Positions 20,601-28,800 of a stretch of DNA of 64,000 nucleotides are shown here, piece by piece. Position 1 is the first letter of the stretch. Each line of letters begins with the position of its first letter. The position numbers and the translations under genes were made by a program. The DNA is taken from the IMG/VR virus record IMGVR_UViG_3300025133_000078; one strand, given 5' to 3'. Below the pieces are notes generated by a model that worked only from the letters and a program-made list of their open reading frames with translations, did no database searches and had not been told where the DNA came from. The DNA comes from an uncultured virus (IMG/VR IMGVR_UViG_3300025133_000078) (taxonomy: Duplodnaviria; Heunggongvirae; Uroviricota; Caudoviricetes).

Positions 20601-21385
20601 TCATTCTTGAAAAATACATAAAAGTAATTCCACAGGGAAATTTTCTTGGCTTCGGTTCGGGCCCCCAAATTTTCGGCCTCCAGTGGTGGAAAGATTATTT
20701 AGCCGCCGCAGGTAGCACAACCGAAGGTCAGCCAATAATTGACAACTATGGAGAAATGTCATATGGTTTGAGAATTTCAATGGTGATGCCCCAATCAATG
20801 GAGGGGCACATCAACGCAGCTGATTTTGACGCGTCAATTTCTTGGGAGCAGGTTAATCAAATAAAATCTCTAAAGTTCGGAGATGATACTAATAGACGTT
20901 ATGTTGTCCCGGTCGCCACCGCAGAGGTTCCGATAAACGGAAACCTCAATTTGACATCTGGACTCGTAGATCAATACGATATAAATTGTATGATTTCGGA
21001 GTTAATAAATACTCCGGAGTACAAAACTCTTTTTAATTATTGTCTTCCTTTACAATCATTACTTTCCTTGGTTACTATTTATACTATAGAAACGTTTTTG
21101 CTTTCTATTGGCTCAGAGTGGGATAAACCCGGCGGAGCAAAAGGAAGCCAATTCAAGAGGTGGGATAAAGAAGCCAATTTCAAGAAAACAAAGAAAAATC
21201 TTAGAAGACTTTTTGAAGGATACTATCACTCAAGGGACGCAAATTACGAAGATGAAGAAGAAGATACAAATGAAGAAAAAACAAGAAAGAAAATTAAAGT
21301 CAAAAGAAATATACCAACAGATAAAGACATCGCTTGGTGGAAGAGAAGACTTGAAGTTCCAAAACCAACAGAGGAGTGCGAATAG
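14666..21385 (+). CDS. Very large hypothetical virion protein (2239 aa)
   Basis: Uninterrupted ORF between spike-like gene and gp25; no recognisable domain. Confidence 0.75.
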   Translation: MSVFDDIAEKVASYSAMRRPLDRLAIKDKLTLSTAEKGFIERSRWDPIGVYGVRKEEISSNIGGAADYEIAEFNYYNLGLATKGWSNTNFRDGVNIRWAKEKLKEIGSEDFTRLFGDKLWNAVKETSIRQNTQSLFSPEDLFYFYAGAIQRLIDPRWEKYNILAMTNTAGPFSLVDQWRFETLRKMVPDVFEGLVETHDDDNNSGTFSGIFNLGPHSIPAPLDEGYDIFSSGRFDDAAAKIFWYRAFGSSVSVTLSSSGLHKGYSANTVSSSPGYGTTPTEDNLLIGELWPSKDIYGLFDLEMILNLRDDIEANEDLYRDYYSTWENVAQSFSVKTFMGPGAGLTFEQTLKFWQVFIEKYLEGDIDQALLEQLEREGKEQADLFIFNPDMCEILTEEAVKDPCPPPCVPNPDAITIDWTRAPNEQPFLNEKTCEYWVPITTEYENVNERPATAIVNEQIEPGMKLILDFVGKESTEDIILSLFSQITTDYFVDFRTKSKVKVLIKLPFDAAFALESKEPKTEDETTDSSEFPLNVVLTAKDIRGNGSMLNLVSRAIGNKYSQQYEILRYRGEMSGIPQDIMLKKEGDRIRQFKTALIDLLKDQNFKFNPTRKKTGVLEAVEIGFKEEFKGIEYVKANNIGCEASELGINKEGVVEGGAGWKSFLKKSVVNYPTTLAFMANIPSIYENVTADSPMVVDLFLKSYFFPRIEETIGQELTMTEEFVDEGGCNTAEMVANLLKPAAILGSEVAGTALSFPELFFKSTPQKTCLTLEGKKQRDAKYKVLKDVEERWKDAELRELFTGDAVFEDLPHKLDEVNNLKELYSEILNKLGVCGLSALAKGAMSCLLKGLDIEVSMSVLVKSFIKGATDKEMENVFFALHPGLQQFVRDSVAEITSIPLPWEAGYRPGSYQAAGVKYSADYSAASGSIETRLEKSEEKDPEKLKLKTDEEENLKRFRARTKTTIQEQEDKFKSSDPVPSGELDADGNEIMVAPPDRVSAAPGLGPRSFAGPFAHAGSVGTALDAVQDNAIEHLKTALLKAIAEEIISPAAIMSLVDKIPGAELLKGSISETLECPFPPLFSPPLDDILKTLELDFCKGHYAITLPVIRKFKIRPFLGDIKTILIEAAEDALEKLVAKAMITILKKILTVSLNASCEVLRDAAATANAIAGGSEFREIVAENICGDSLNDEELNASLNKLNESLGSLGLPGAPKPTDQDMGDFMDGVSAILNQQELLELLEGEPTPQAVAYVRQIVNGIPNLAIALPTDDHIRNLFAGMGRVFDRRKIRDRIKSTSYKPISPSVCASPEHLIMFNDIRCSILAEKGVTPEQCEEQLENLKDRALLDFEDLADVLNQNYFGDLDILGDPTCPGSGIYPSEDPETKKQTQEMFSSTDAAINSVFMTELLTRRGMLNMILADTNGAGFKRHNEFWVSLFGQSLSEDLGILGFYADYQTTDPTAPATPLYGLLQEDGHAVGIYPDKVAPYLQEILAGTLNVDFELSEDPNLSLKFDNWDTDFVAPRFVKVDYNYQKDNDTIINIKIYSEDDKFGPPLEFDAVQSYDPDTLENIINLEGSSPNAPYRPLDTTNQAYIFGNLLVSSWSPYTTNQSSDRNSFFSKGLYEYLTTKIIEKFAFKISENVRTFNFGYDPNAEAKVVELNHEEYGGTEKNPAFYVEPPKYSGWLGLYDKIIPEIEDCDRKPILNFDSISKQTSEYNDKLKDDPRLQIPAACAIDSERPFDRIMPRESLAGTDGAIRSTVRLYVMETFLKGLPSFSLFDPKFPQVYNDTLSGYIAEKMKTGLLNTGLNFKKKKSRKIYYYKFLEEVVQNFGKKVDIGDIVPNAAQISAMESINNLQEKWRKPPRKPRITYPKRLRDKWTSQVAHVEPSCLILLNHYISEQIEEVGKLFSDSLKPSIPNLESWIFGSPDWMVAGAISGGGPMDVATNPLDPLDPTTVAILALEPGYTISIGSSEPYAEGYFPFILEKYIKVIPQGNFLGFGSGPQIFGLQWWKDYLAAAGSTTEGQPIIDNYGEMSYGLRISMVMPQSMEGHINAADFDASISWEQVNQIKSLKFGDDTNRRYVVPVATAEVPINGNLNLTSGLVDQYDINCMISELINTPEYKTLFNYCLPLQSLLSLVTIYTIETFLLSIGSEWDKPGGAKGSQFKRWDKEANFKKTKKNLRRLFEGYYHSRDANYEDEEEDTNEEKTRKKIKVKRNIPTDKDIAWWKRRLEVPKPTEECE

Positions 21386-21793
21386 ATGGCCATAGGAATA
21401 TCGCCAGCGTTACCCCTCATGGTTGATCAAAGCGACGGTCCGTATCGTTTGACAAAATCAGTCAAACAAGCAATCGTACAAAATTTTAAAAATCTTGTCA
21501 TGACAAACCCTGGAGAAAGGATGATGGATCCAGATTTTGGAGTTGGGATAAGGGAATATTTATTTGAACTTGAAAATCTTGGGGTACAAGAAGAGATATC
21601 ATCTAAAATCCGATCACAAACCGGAAAATACATAAATTCTATTAAAATTCTCGATATAAGATACACGAAAGGATCTAGCTATGAGGAGAATGCGGTTTCT
21701 ATTGCTAACTCTAATTCAATCTACGTTCATATTCTTTTCAATATATCCTCGCTTAGTTCGGCAAATGTCCTGAGCATACCCATTAGCAAATAA
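21386..21793 (+). CDS. Baseplate wedge protein, gp25/GPW-like
   Basis: QNFKNLVMTNPGERMMDPDFGVGIREYLFE signature. Confidence 0.9.
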   Translation: MAIGISPALPLMVDQSDGPYRLTKSVKQAIVQNFKNLVMTNPGERMMDPDFGVGIREYLFELENLGVQEEISSKIRSQTGKYINSIKILDIRYTKGSSYEENAVSIANSNSIYVHILFNISSLSSANVLSIPISK

Positions 21794-21812
21794 AGAAGGA
21801 AAAAAAAAGTAA

Positions 21813-23609
21813 ATGGCCAACAAAAAAAGAACACCAGTTAGATATACGAGTCGAGAATTCGCGAGTATTAAACAAGACTTGATCGAATATGCAAAAAGAT
21901 ATTATCCAGAATCATATAGGGATTTTGGAGAGGCCTCCTTCGGCGCCTTAATGATGGATACTGTTTCTTATGTCGGAGATATTTTGTCTTTTTATTTAGA
22001 TTACCAAGTTAATGAGTCTTTTCTTGAGTCTGCGACGGAATATAATAATGTAATTCGCTTGGCTAGACAGCAAGGATACAAAAATCGCGGAACACCCTCA
22101 ACATCCGGAGCTGTAAGCCTCTATATCATAGCGCCAGCCAACTCAATAGGCCTCGGCCCAGATTCTAGATATCTGCCGATTTTAAAGAGAGGTAGTTTAT
22201 TCTCATCCAACGCCGGAGGCAGCTATATTTTGAGCAGTGATGTTGATTTTTCAAACCCGAGCAATGAAGTGGTGGCGGCGCGGATAGATCCTAACACCGG
22301 CGCGCCAGTGAGCTATGCTGTTCGCACTACCGGCAAGATCATTTCTGGAAAATTTATACAAGAAACTTTTTTAATTGGAAATTATCAAAGGTTTAGAAAA
22401 TTAGCCCTTTCAATTCCAAACATCGCCGAGATAATAAGCGTCTTCGACACTGAAGGAAACGAATATTACGAAGTAAATAATCTTTCTCAAGACGTGATTT
22501 ACAGAGATGTAGCCAACAGGTCCTCGGATAGCGATGTTGTTCCCTCTGTTCTACGACCTTATTCTGTACCTAGAAGATTCTCTGTGGAAACTACTGGCCC
22601 AGTTACATTTTTGCAATTTGGATATGGCTCGGACAATGAGATAAGTCAGGCATCTCCCGTCGATCCATCAAATACTATTTTACAATTTCATGCAAAAGAT
22701 TATATAAGTGATGAGAGTTTCGATCCATCAAAACTAATTTTTTCTGACAAGTTTGGAATCTCACCAACCAACACCACTCTAACAATCTCCTATAGAATAA
22801 ATACTACAGATGACGTTAACGCCGCCACCGCCACAGTCTCGGGAGTGGACAAATCCTTGTTTTCTTTTCGAGAGATTTCTACCCTAACTGGAAATTTAGT
22901 AGACGGAGTTAAAAAATCTTTGGAAATTTCAAATCCTGAACCGTTAGTCGGCGATATTTCAAATCCGTCCACCGAAGAAATAAGACAAAGGTCTATCGAT
23001 TATTTTGCGACACAAAACCGAGCAGTTACTAAACATGATTATGAATCAATAGTCTATAAAATGCCTCATAAATTCGGCGCCGTAAAAAGATGCAAAATTT
23101 TGCAAGACCAGGGCTCATTCCGAAGAAACTTAAACTTGTATGTCTTGTCTGAAGATACATCGGGATTTTTGACCCAAGCTAGCTCAACATTAAAAAATAA
23201 TATAAAAACATGGCTCAATAAGAATAAGATGATCAATGATACGATCGACATTCTGGACGCCTTTGTTGTCAACCTTGGGATTGAATTCGAGATAATCCAT
23301 GATCTGGATTATAATAAATATGATGTTTTAACTGAATGCGTTAAAACATTGGCTTCCAAATTTAATGACCCCCTTATGATTGGCGAACCAATTTATATAA
23401 CAGATGTTTACAATTATGTCAATGATGTAATCGGTGTCGTAGATGTGACAAAGGTCAAAATTGTTGCAAAAAATGGAGGAGTGTACTCCGATGTTTTTGT
23501 CGATATTGAAGATCTAATATCTGCTGATGGTAGATACGTCGCGGCTCCAGACAACGTGGCATTCGAAATAAAATTTCCAAATACGGATATTATGGGAGCA
23601 GTTACATAA
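21813..23609 (+). CDS. Baseplate wedge protein, T4 gp6 / baseplate J-like
   Basis: REFASIKQDL, DFGEASFG, YLDYQVNESFLESA, QFGYG, TQNRAVTKHDY. Confidence 0.9.
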   Translation: MANKKRTPVRYTSREFASIKQDLIEYAKRYYPESYRDFGEASFGALMMDTVSYVGDILSFYLDYQVNESFLESATEYNNVIRLARQQGYKNRGTPSTSGAVSLYIIAPANSIGLGPDSRYLPILKRGSLFSSNAGGSYILSSDVDFSNPSNEVVAARIDPNTGAPVSYAVRTTGKIISGKFIQETFLIGNYQRFRKLALSIPNIAEIISVFDTEGNEYYEVNNLSQDVIYRDVANRSSDSDVVPSVLRPYSVPRRFSVETTGPVTFLQFGYGSDNEISQASPVDPSNTILQFHAKDYISDESFDPSKLIFSDKFGISPTNTTLTISYRINTTDDVNAATATVSGVDKSLFSFREISTLTGNLVDGVKKSLEISNPEPLVGDISNPSTEEIRQRSIDYFATQNRAVTKHDYESIVYKMPHKFGAVKRCKILQDQGSFRRNLNLYVLSEDTSGFLTQASSTLKNNIKTWLNKNKMINDTIDILDAFVVNLGIEFEIIHDLDYNKYDVLTECVKTLASKFNDPLMIGEPIYITDVYNYVNDVIGVVDVTKVKIVAKNGGVYSDVFVDIEDLISADGRYVAAPDNVAFEIKFPNTDIMGAVT

Positions 23610-25819
23610 TGGCAATAAAGAAATATTTCGCAAACAAAGACAATACAATAACGAGTGCCTTTAGGTCCAACTTGCAAACGCGCGGCACAAATGCAAATAT
23701 GGGAGCCTCCGACGTCCTTGAGGTGTTTTCAATTTACGGCCAGGCTAGTTCGGGCTCCACAGAGCTAGAGAGAGTCTTGATAGAATTTCCGGTCAGTAAA
23801 ATCGTGGAAGATCGAGCATCGGGAATAATTCCGGGCCCTGGAAAAATTAATTTTTATTTAAATATGTATAATGCTAGGCACAATCAAACAACTCCCCGAT
23901 CGGCAACCTTTGTAGTGGCCCCGATTTCTCAATCCTGGCAAGAAGGCACAGGATTGGATATGGAAGGATATAAGGACGTCTTAGGATCCAGCCCAGGATC
24001 CAGCCCAGGATCCAGCTGGACGACTGCTTCGGAGGGCGCCCCCTGGACAAGAATGGGCGGAGATTATTTATCATCCCCAATATATTCTCAGACTTTCCCC
24101 ATTGGAAATGAAGATCTAAGGATGGACATTACTCCGCTCGTAGAAGATTGGATTGCGGGAACAATTACAAATTACGGCGTTGGAGTTCACCTAACTTCAA
24201 GCCAGGAAGCTTATTTCGCAGAATATTACCCAAGAGAAGCTGTACAATTTGACGGTTCAGCGTTCCTTTCAGGAACATCAGATACCGATCTGGCCAGCGA
24301 TTCTACAATATCCGTCTGGATTAAACAATCCATCAACACGGGCCCGGGATATGTTCTTTTTTGGCAGAGAGAAGTCGACCACCAACCCCGGAGAATTTTG
24401 CTAATAGATCCAGGCGGTGCCGCAATTACTTATAGAAAGGTATACTCCGGAGGGACCACCATAATAACAACTGATGATTCCATCCCCCTGAACACCTGGA
24501 CCCACATAACAGTGACTGACACCCAAGACTCAGCAGATATTCCCTCAATTTATATAAACTCAATCTCCGCTTCTGCAACGGTCATACAGGGCGCAGGTTC
24601 TGCATTAACTGATATCAATATGTTTGCCATTGGAGGCTCAAAATTGGGAGCTTCCTATAATTTTAATGGATTTATAGACGACGTAGCATCTTTTAACAAA
24701 ATTTTAAGTCCCGGAGAAATAACTGAGCTTTATAATGGCGCATGTCCGGCTCCGATTGGAGAGCTTTCTATTTACGAAAATCTCTCAAATTGGTGGGTTC
24801 ACGGCGATGATCCTAGAGATGAAATTAATCTTGGAACTCCCCCAACAGAAATAAGTATTTATGACAGGGCTGGTGACATGAATCTTTATGCCACCGGTTC
24901 GGGAGGTATGTCCATCGTAACTGGCTCGTGCTCCGGCCAAAACGGAACTGTGGGCCGAGAGTCAGATGGCCAATTAATTAATACCGCCGGCGCCAAAGAT
25001 ACATATTATACAAAGAAATTCTTCGGCCGAGGATCTGAATTCTTCTTCAAGAAGCCAAATATCGAAGCAGTGTGGGATTCCTCAAAGAAAGACGATCGAG
25101 GAAATTTTTATGCCAGCAGTTCCCTCGTGCCCGCAGAGGACAACATTAGAACACTATTTTTATATAACGTAATTGGAGGCCGCCTCCGAGACATACCCGA
25201 AATAGGCACTGGAGATTTGCGAGTGCAGGTCTATACTAGCGCAAGCGGCGGAGACCAGATAGGCGCAACGATTACTGCCGGATATCATTCAAAGGGTATT
25301 TACACAGCATCGTTTTCTTTAGATACATCAGTTAGTGTAGCATACGATAGGTGGTATAATACGACCCTAACAGATTTGTATCGAGTAGGACAATTTGGTG
25401 TAAAACAATACGCCGCCAGCACTCACAATCCTTATCCAAATTTGGTAACTTCGCTGACAAATCTCAAGCCAATTTATTACGCACAAGAATCAAATAGGTT
25501 TCGATTTTATGTCCGCCAAAAAGATTGGAGCCCAACTATTTATACAGTAGCGACTAAATATAACGATACTCTCATTATAGAAAGTGCCTCGTATCAAATA
25601 CATAGGATTACAGATGATTTAGTTGTTTTGCCGTTTAGTACCGGAAGTAATGTGGGAACAGAAATGTCTTTTGATGTAAGTGGAAATTATTTTGATTTTA
25701 AGATGGATTTTCTAGAACCTGGATATTCTTATGGAATAAGGCTCGCATATTACGATGAAACGGTCGATAGCTATGTAGAACAACCTTATACTTGGAAATT
25801 CAGGGTAGAAAACGTATGA
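23609..25819 (+). CDS. Virion structural protein with LamG/concanavalin-like domain
   Basis: TISVWIK, WTHITVT, FNGFIDDVASFNKILS..EITELYN. Confidence 0.75.
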   Translation: MAIKKYFANKDNTITSAFRSNLQTRGTNANMGASDVLEVFSIYGQASSGSTELERVLIEFPVSKIVEDRASGIIPGPGKINFYLNMYNARHNQTTPRSATFVVAPISQSWQEGTGLDMEGYKDVLGSSPGSSPGSSWTTASEGAPWTRMGGDYLSSPIYSQTFPIGNEDLRMDITPLVEDWIAGTITNYGVGVHLTSSQEAYFAEYYPREAVQFDGSAFLSGTSDTDLASDSTISVWIKQSINTGPGYVLFWQREVDHQPRRILLIDPGGAAITYRKVYSGGTTIITTDDSIPLNTWTHITVTDTQDSADIPSIYINSISASATVIQGAGSALTDINMFAIGGSKLGASYNFNGFIDDVASFNKILSPGEITELYNGACPAPIGELSIYENLSNWWVHGDDPRDEINLGTPPTEISIYDRAGDMNLYATGSGGMSIVTGSCSGQNGTVGRESDGQLINTAGAKDTYYTKKFFGRGSEFFFKKPNIEAVWDSSKKDDRGNFYASSSLVPAEDNIRTLFLYNVIGGRLRDIPEIGTGDLRVQVYTSASGGDQIGATITAGYHSKGIYTASFSLDTSVSVAYDRWYNTTLTDLYRVGQFGVKQYAASTHNPYPNLVTSLTNLKPIYYAQESNRFRFYVRQKDWSPTIYTVATKYNDTLIIESASYQIHRITDDLVVLPFSTGSNVGTEMSFDVSGNYFDFKMDFLEPGYSYGIRLAYYDETVDSYVEQPYTWKFRVENV
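23983..24016 (+). repeat. 12-bp tandem repeat (AGGATCCAGCCC x2.8) encoding GSSP-GSSP-GSS
   Basis: Read directly from sequence. Confidence 0.85.
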
Positions 25820-28800
25820 GCATAAAAAAACTTTTCAATAAAAATATCCCACAATCCATCGTATCTTCTACAAACATGGAAGATCTCGGGAAATCTGTGG
25901 AGTCTTCCGGAAATATCCAGCAGAGGATTGTCGAAAAGAATAGGTTTATTCCGCAAAAGAATTATGCAACTCCGGCAAACTTTGCCAAGTTTGGCTCTGC
26001 TGAAAAATATTATAGCGATTCTTTTGACAGAATAGCAAATCAGTACCCCTATGATGGATCGCTAAGAGAGCGTACAGAATATTTAAACAACTCGACGTAC
26101 TTAGATTTATACATTTTTGATAATGTTTATCCAAGAACAACCGGATATGCGACGATTTCACCCAATGGTTGGGGAACACAGGTCTCCTCTGTCTCCGCTG
26201 TGGGTTTACCAAGCATCATTGAATATATTCAGATAATTGGGGGCCCCCATACGGCCTCCGGAGGAATGATTGGAAAGGAACTTTCAGATACTTTTGAAAA
26301 TTCTAACTTTTATAATCCGGATAAAAATAGAGAATCAAATTTAAAATTTGATTTTAATCAGGGCGTCACAGTCGAAACATGGATTAAGAAAGACGCTCTC
26401 GTCCCAGCACCCCTATCTTCAAGAGAGGCTATTTTTCATCTAACAAATGATGAAACAGGAAATGATACTTCTGGTTCTCTTTTGATCGTGTTGGATACTT
26501 CATTGGTATCGCCCACAGATACGCCCATAATTTGTGACTATATTTCAGGAACTGTTTCCTACACCTTTGACGTTTACGCCGGAATAACAAACGCAGACTT
26601 TATCGATGGAAACTGGCACCATCTGGCATTTTCATTTCAAAATTCTGGAAGTGATGTTGTTTCGCGCGGCTATTTAGACGGCGAGTTGAAGTCAACACTT
26701 GTTGCTTCCGGATTCGCGATTAACGAGGTTACTGGTTCCTTAATAGCAAACATAGGTGCCACACGAAGAATGACAAACTTGGCAGACTTCGTCCCGGGAG
26801 GTACCGTCCCAGAAGGATCCGGAAAGCTTTCTGGCTCTCTTGATGAATTCCGTTATTGGAAGGCGACAAGAACATCCGAAGAAATTGGCAGATATTGGTT
26901 TACTCAATACGGCGGAGGTACCAACAACGACAACGCGAATACGGATCTCGGTGTTTATCTAAAATTCAACGAGGGAATCACGGGAATTGCCGCAACAGAT
27001 TCTGTAGCTCTTGATTATTCTGGTAGAATTTCTAATGGTAGGTGGGTTGGGTATACAGAACAGGGCAGGTCCACTGGTTCTGCTATTGATTTACGCCTCG
27101 GCAAAGAAAGCGAGTTTAAAGATCCTATTATTTATTCTTTCCACCCAGACGTCGTCTCCACAAGGACTTCGCTGGAAGGATCCGGCTCAAACTACGATTT
27201 AAGGAACAACGCTTCTTTTTATTATTCAATGCCCTCCTGGATAATTGAAGAAGACGATGAATCTGGCCAGGAACTATTAAAATTAAGTCAAATTTTGTCA
27301 AGCTATTTGGACACGCTATATCTTCAGGTTGAGAATTATCCAAAATTAAAAGATGTTGTTTATCCGGGAAGCAAAACAAAACCTCTTCCATTTGCCCACA
27401 AACTCCTTGATGGATTCGGATTATCGACATCTGAAATTTTCGTTGATGCCACAATCCTGGAACAAATCTCAAACAGAAACGAAAAAATGAAATTTGATGT
27501 CGATTTAACAGACATCAAGAACCTAATTTATAAAAACATTTACAACAATTTGACATACATCTATAAATCCAAAGGGAATATGAAATCCTTTAGGAATTTA
27601 ATGAGATGTTATGGAATAGATACAGACCTCGTAAAAATTAATCTATACGGCGACAACTCAATGTATAGGTTTAGAGATAATTTCGAGGTTAATTCAACAA
27701 GAAAGAAATATATAGATTTTAATAACCCGGACAGGTTCGAGGGAACAGTTTATCAACATGGTAATTCCCTCGGATCCGACAGTGAATCTTTCATAAGCGC
27801 CTCCGGCCCAGCAGCCGGCTGGGTGACCTCAAGCGATCAGGAAGAATATACTTCTTTTACTTTAGAGGCTGAAATAATCTTTCCTAGAAAGGTGCCCGAA
27901 ACAGATCCAAATTATTTTGCCACAAATTTTATAACTTCGTCACTTTTCGGATTTCACACAGCAGATGAAACAACCCCCAGCGATTTCACTTGGCCGGCCG
28001 GAGAAGACGCTTATGTAAATGTATACGCAATCAGAGAAGAGCTTGAATCAACTAACGTGAAGTTTGCTTTTGAGACACAGCTTGGCATTTATACAAGCTC
28101 TCTATTTTATGATGTATACGACAATAACAAGTGGAATTTTGCAGTAAGATTTTATCCCGAAGAGCATGGGTCAAATCTAGTTACCGGATCAACTGTCCCG
28201 CATTATTTTATGGAATTGTACGGCGTGAACAACGACGCTGGCGCAACCGCAAATGAGTTTATAATAAACGAAGAAATTCCATTCCTCCCCGGCGACATCC
28301 CCTCGTCCTGGCTCTGGAAATCTAAAAGGATTTACGGCGGCTCCCTCCACACAAACTTTACCGGATCAATAATTCATAAAACAGACGTCAAACTTGGCTC
28401 TGTGAGATACTGGACTTCTTATCTGGAAGATGAAGTAATAAAAACCCATGCAAGAGACCCTGAGAATTTTGGTGTTTTAAGTCCCGCTAAGAGTACATAT
28501 CTATATCAAACAAGCCTCTCCGGTGTAATTGTCCCCGAAATGGAAACATTGGCCCTAAACTGGGCATTCGACACTTTAACCGGGTCAAATCCCTCCGGAA
28601 GATTTGACGTTCCTGATTTATCATCAGGTTCGGCAGAAAAAAGAACTCAATATGGGTGGCTTGGAAATGTTGTCGGCATGCGTCATCCCGGCCAAGGAGA
28701 CTTCTTTCCAGCAGACAGCAGCAAAGCTCTAGACACCAAATTCATATACACCGGGAAACAAACTCTTCCAGAAAATATCCAAAGTTCAGATATGATCAAC

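Noticed and set aside
14666..21385. Tape measure protein
   Set aside because: No periodic repeats or typical Ala/Gly-rich pattern; tail tube and sheath genes are not adjacent
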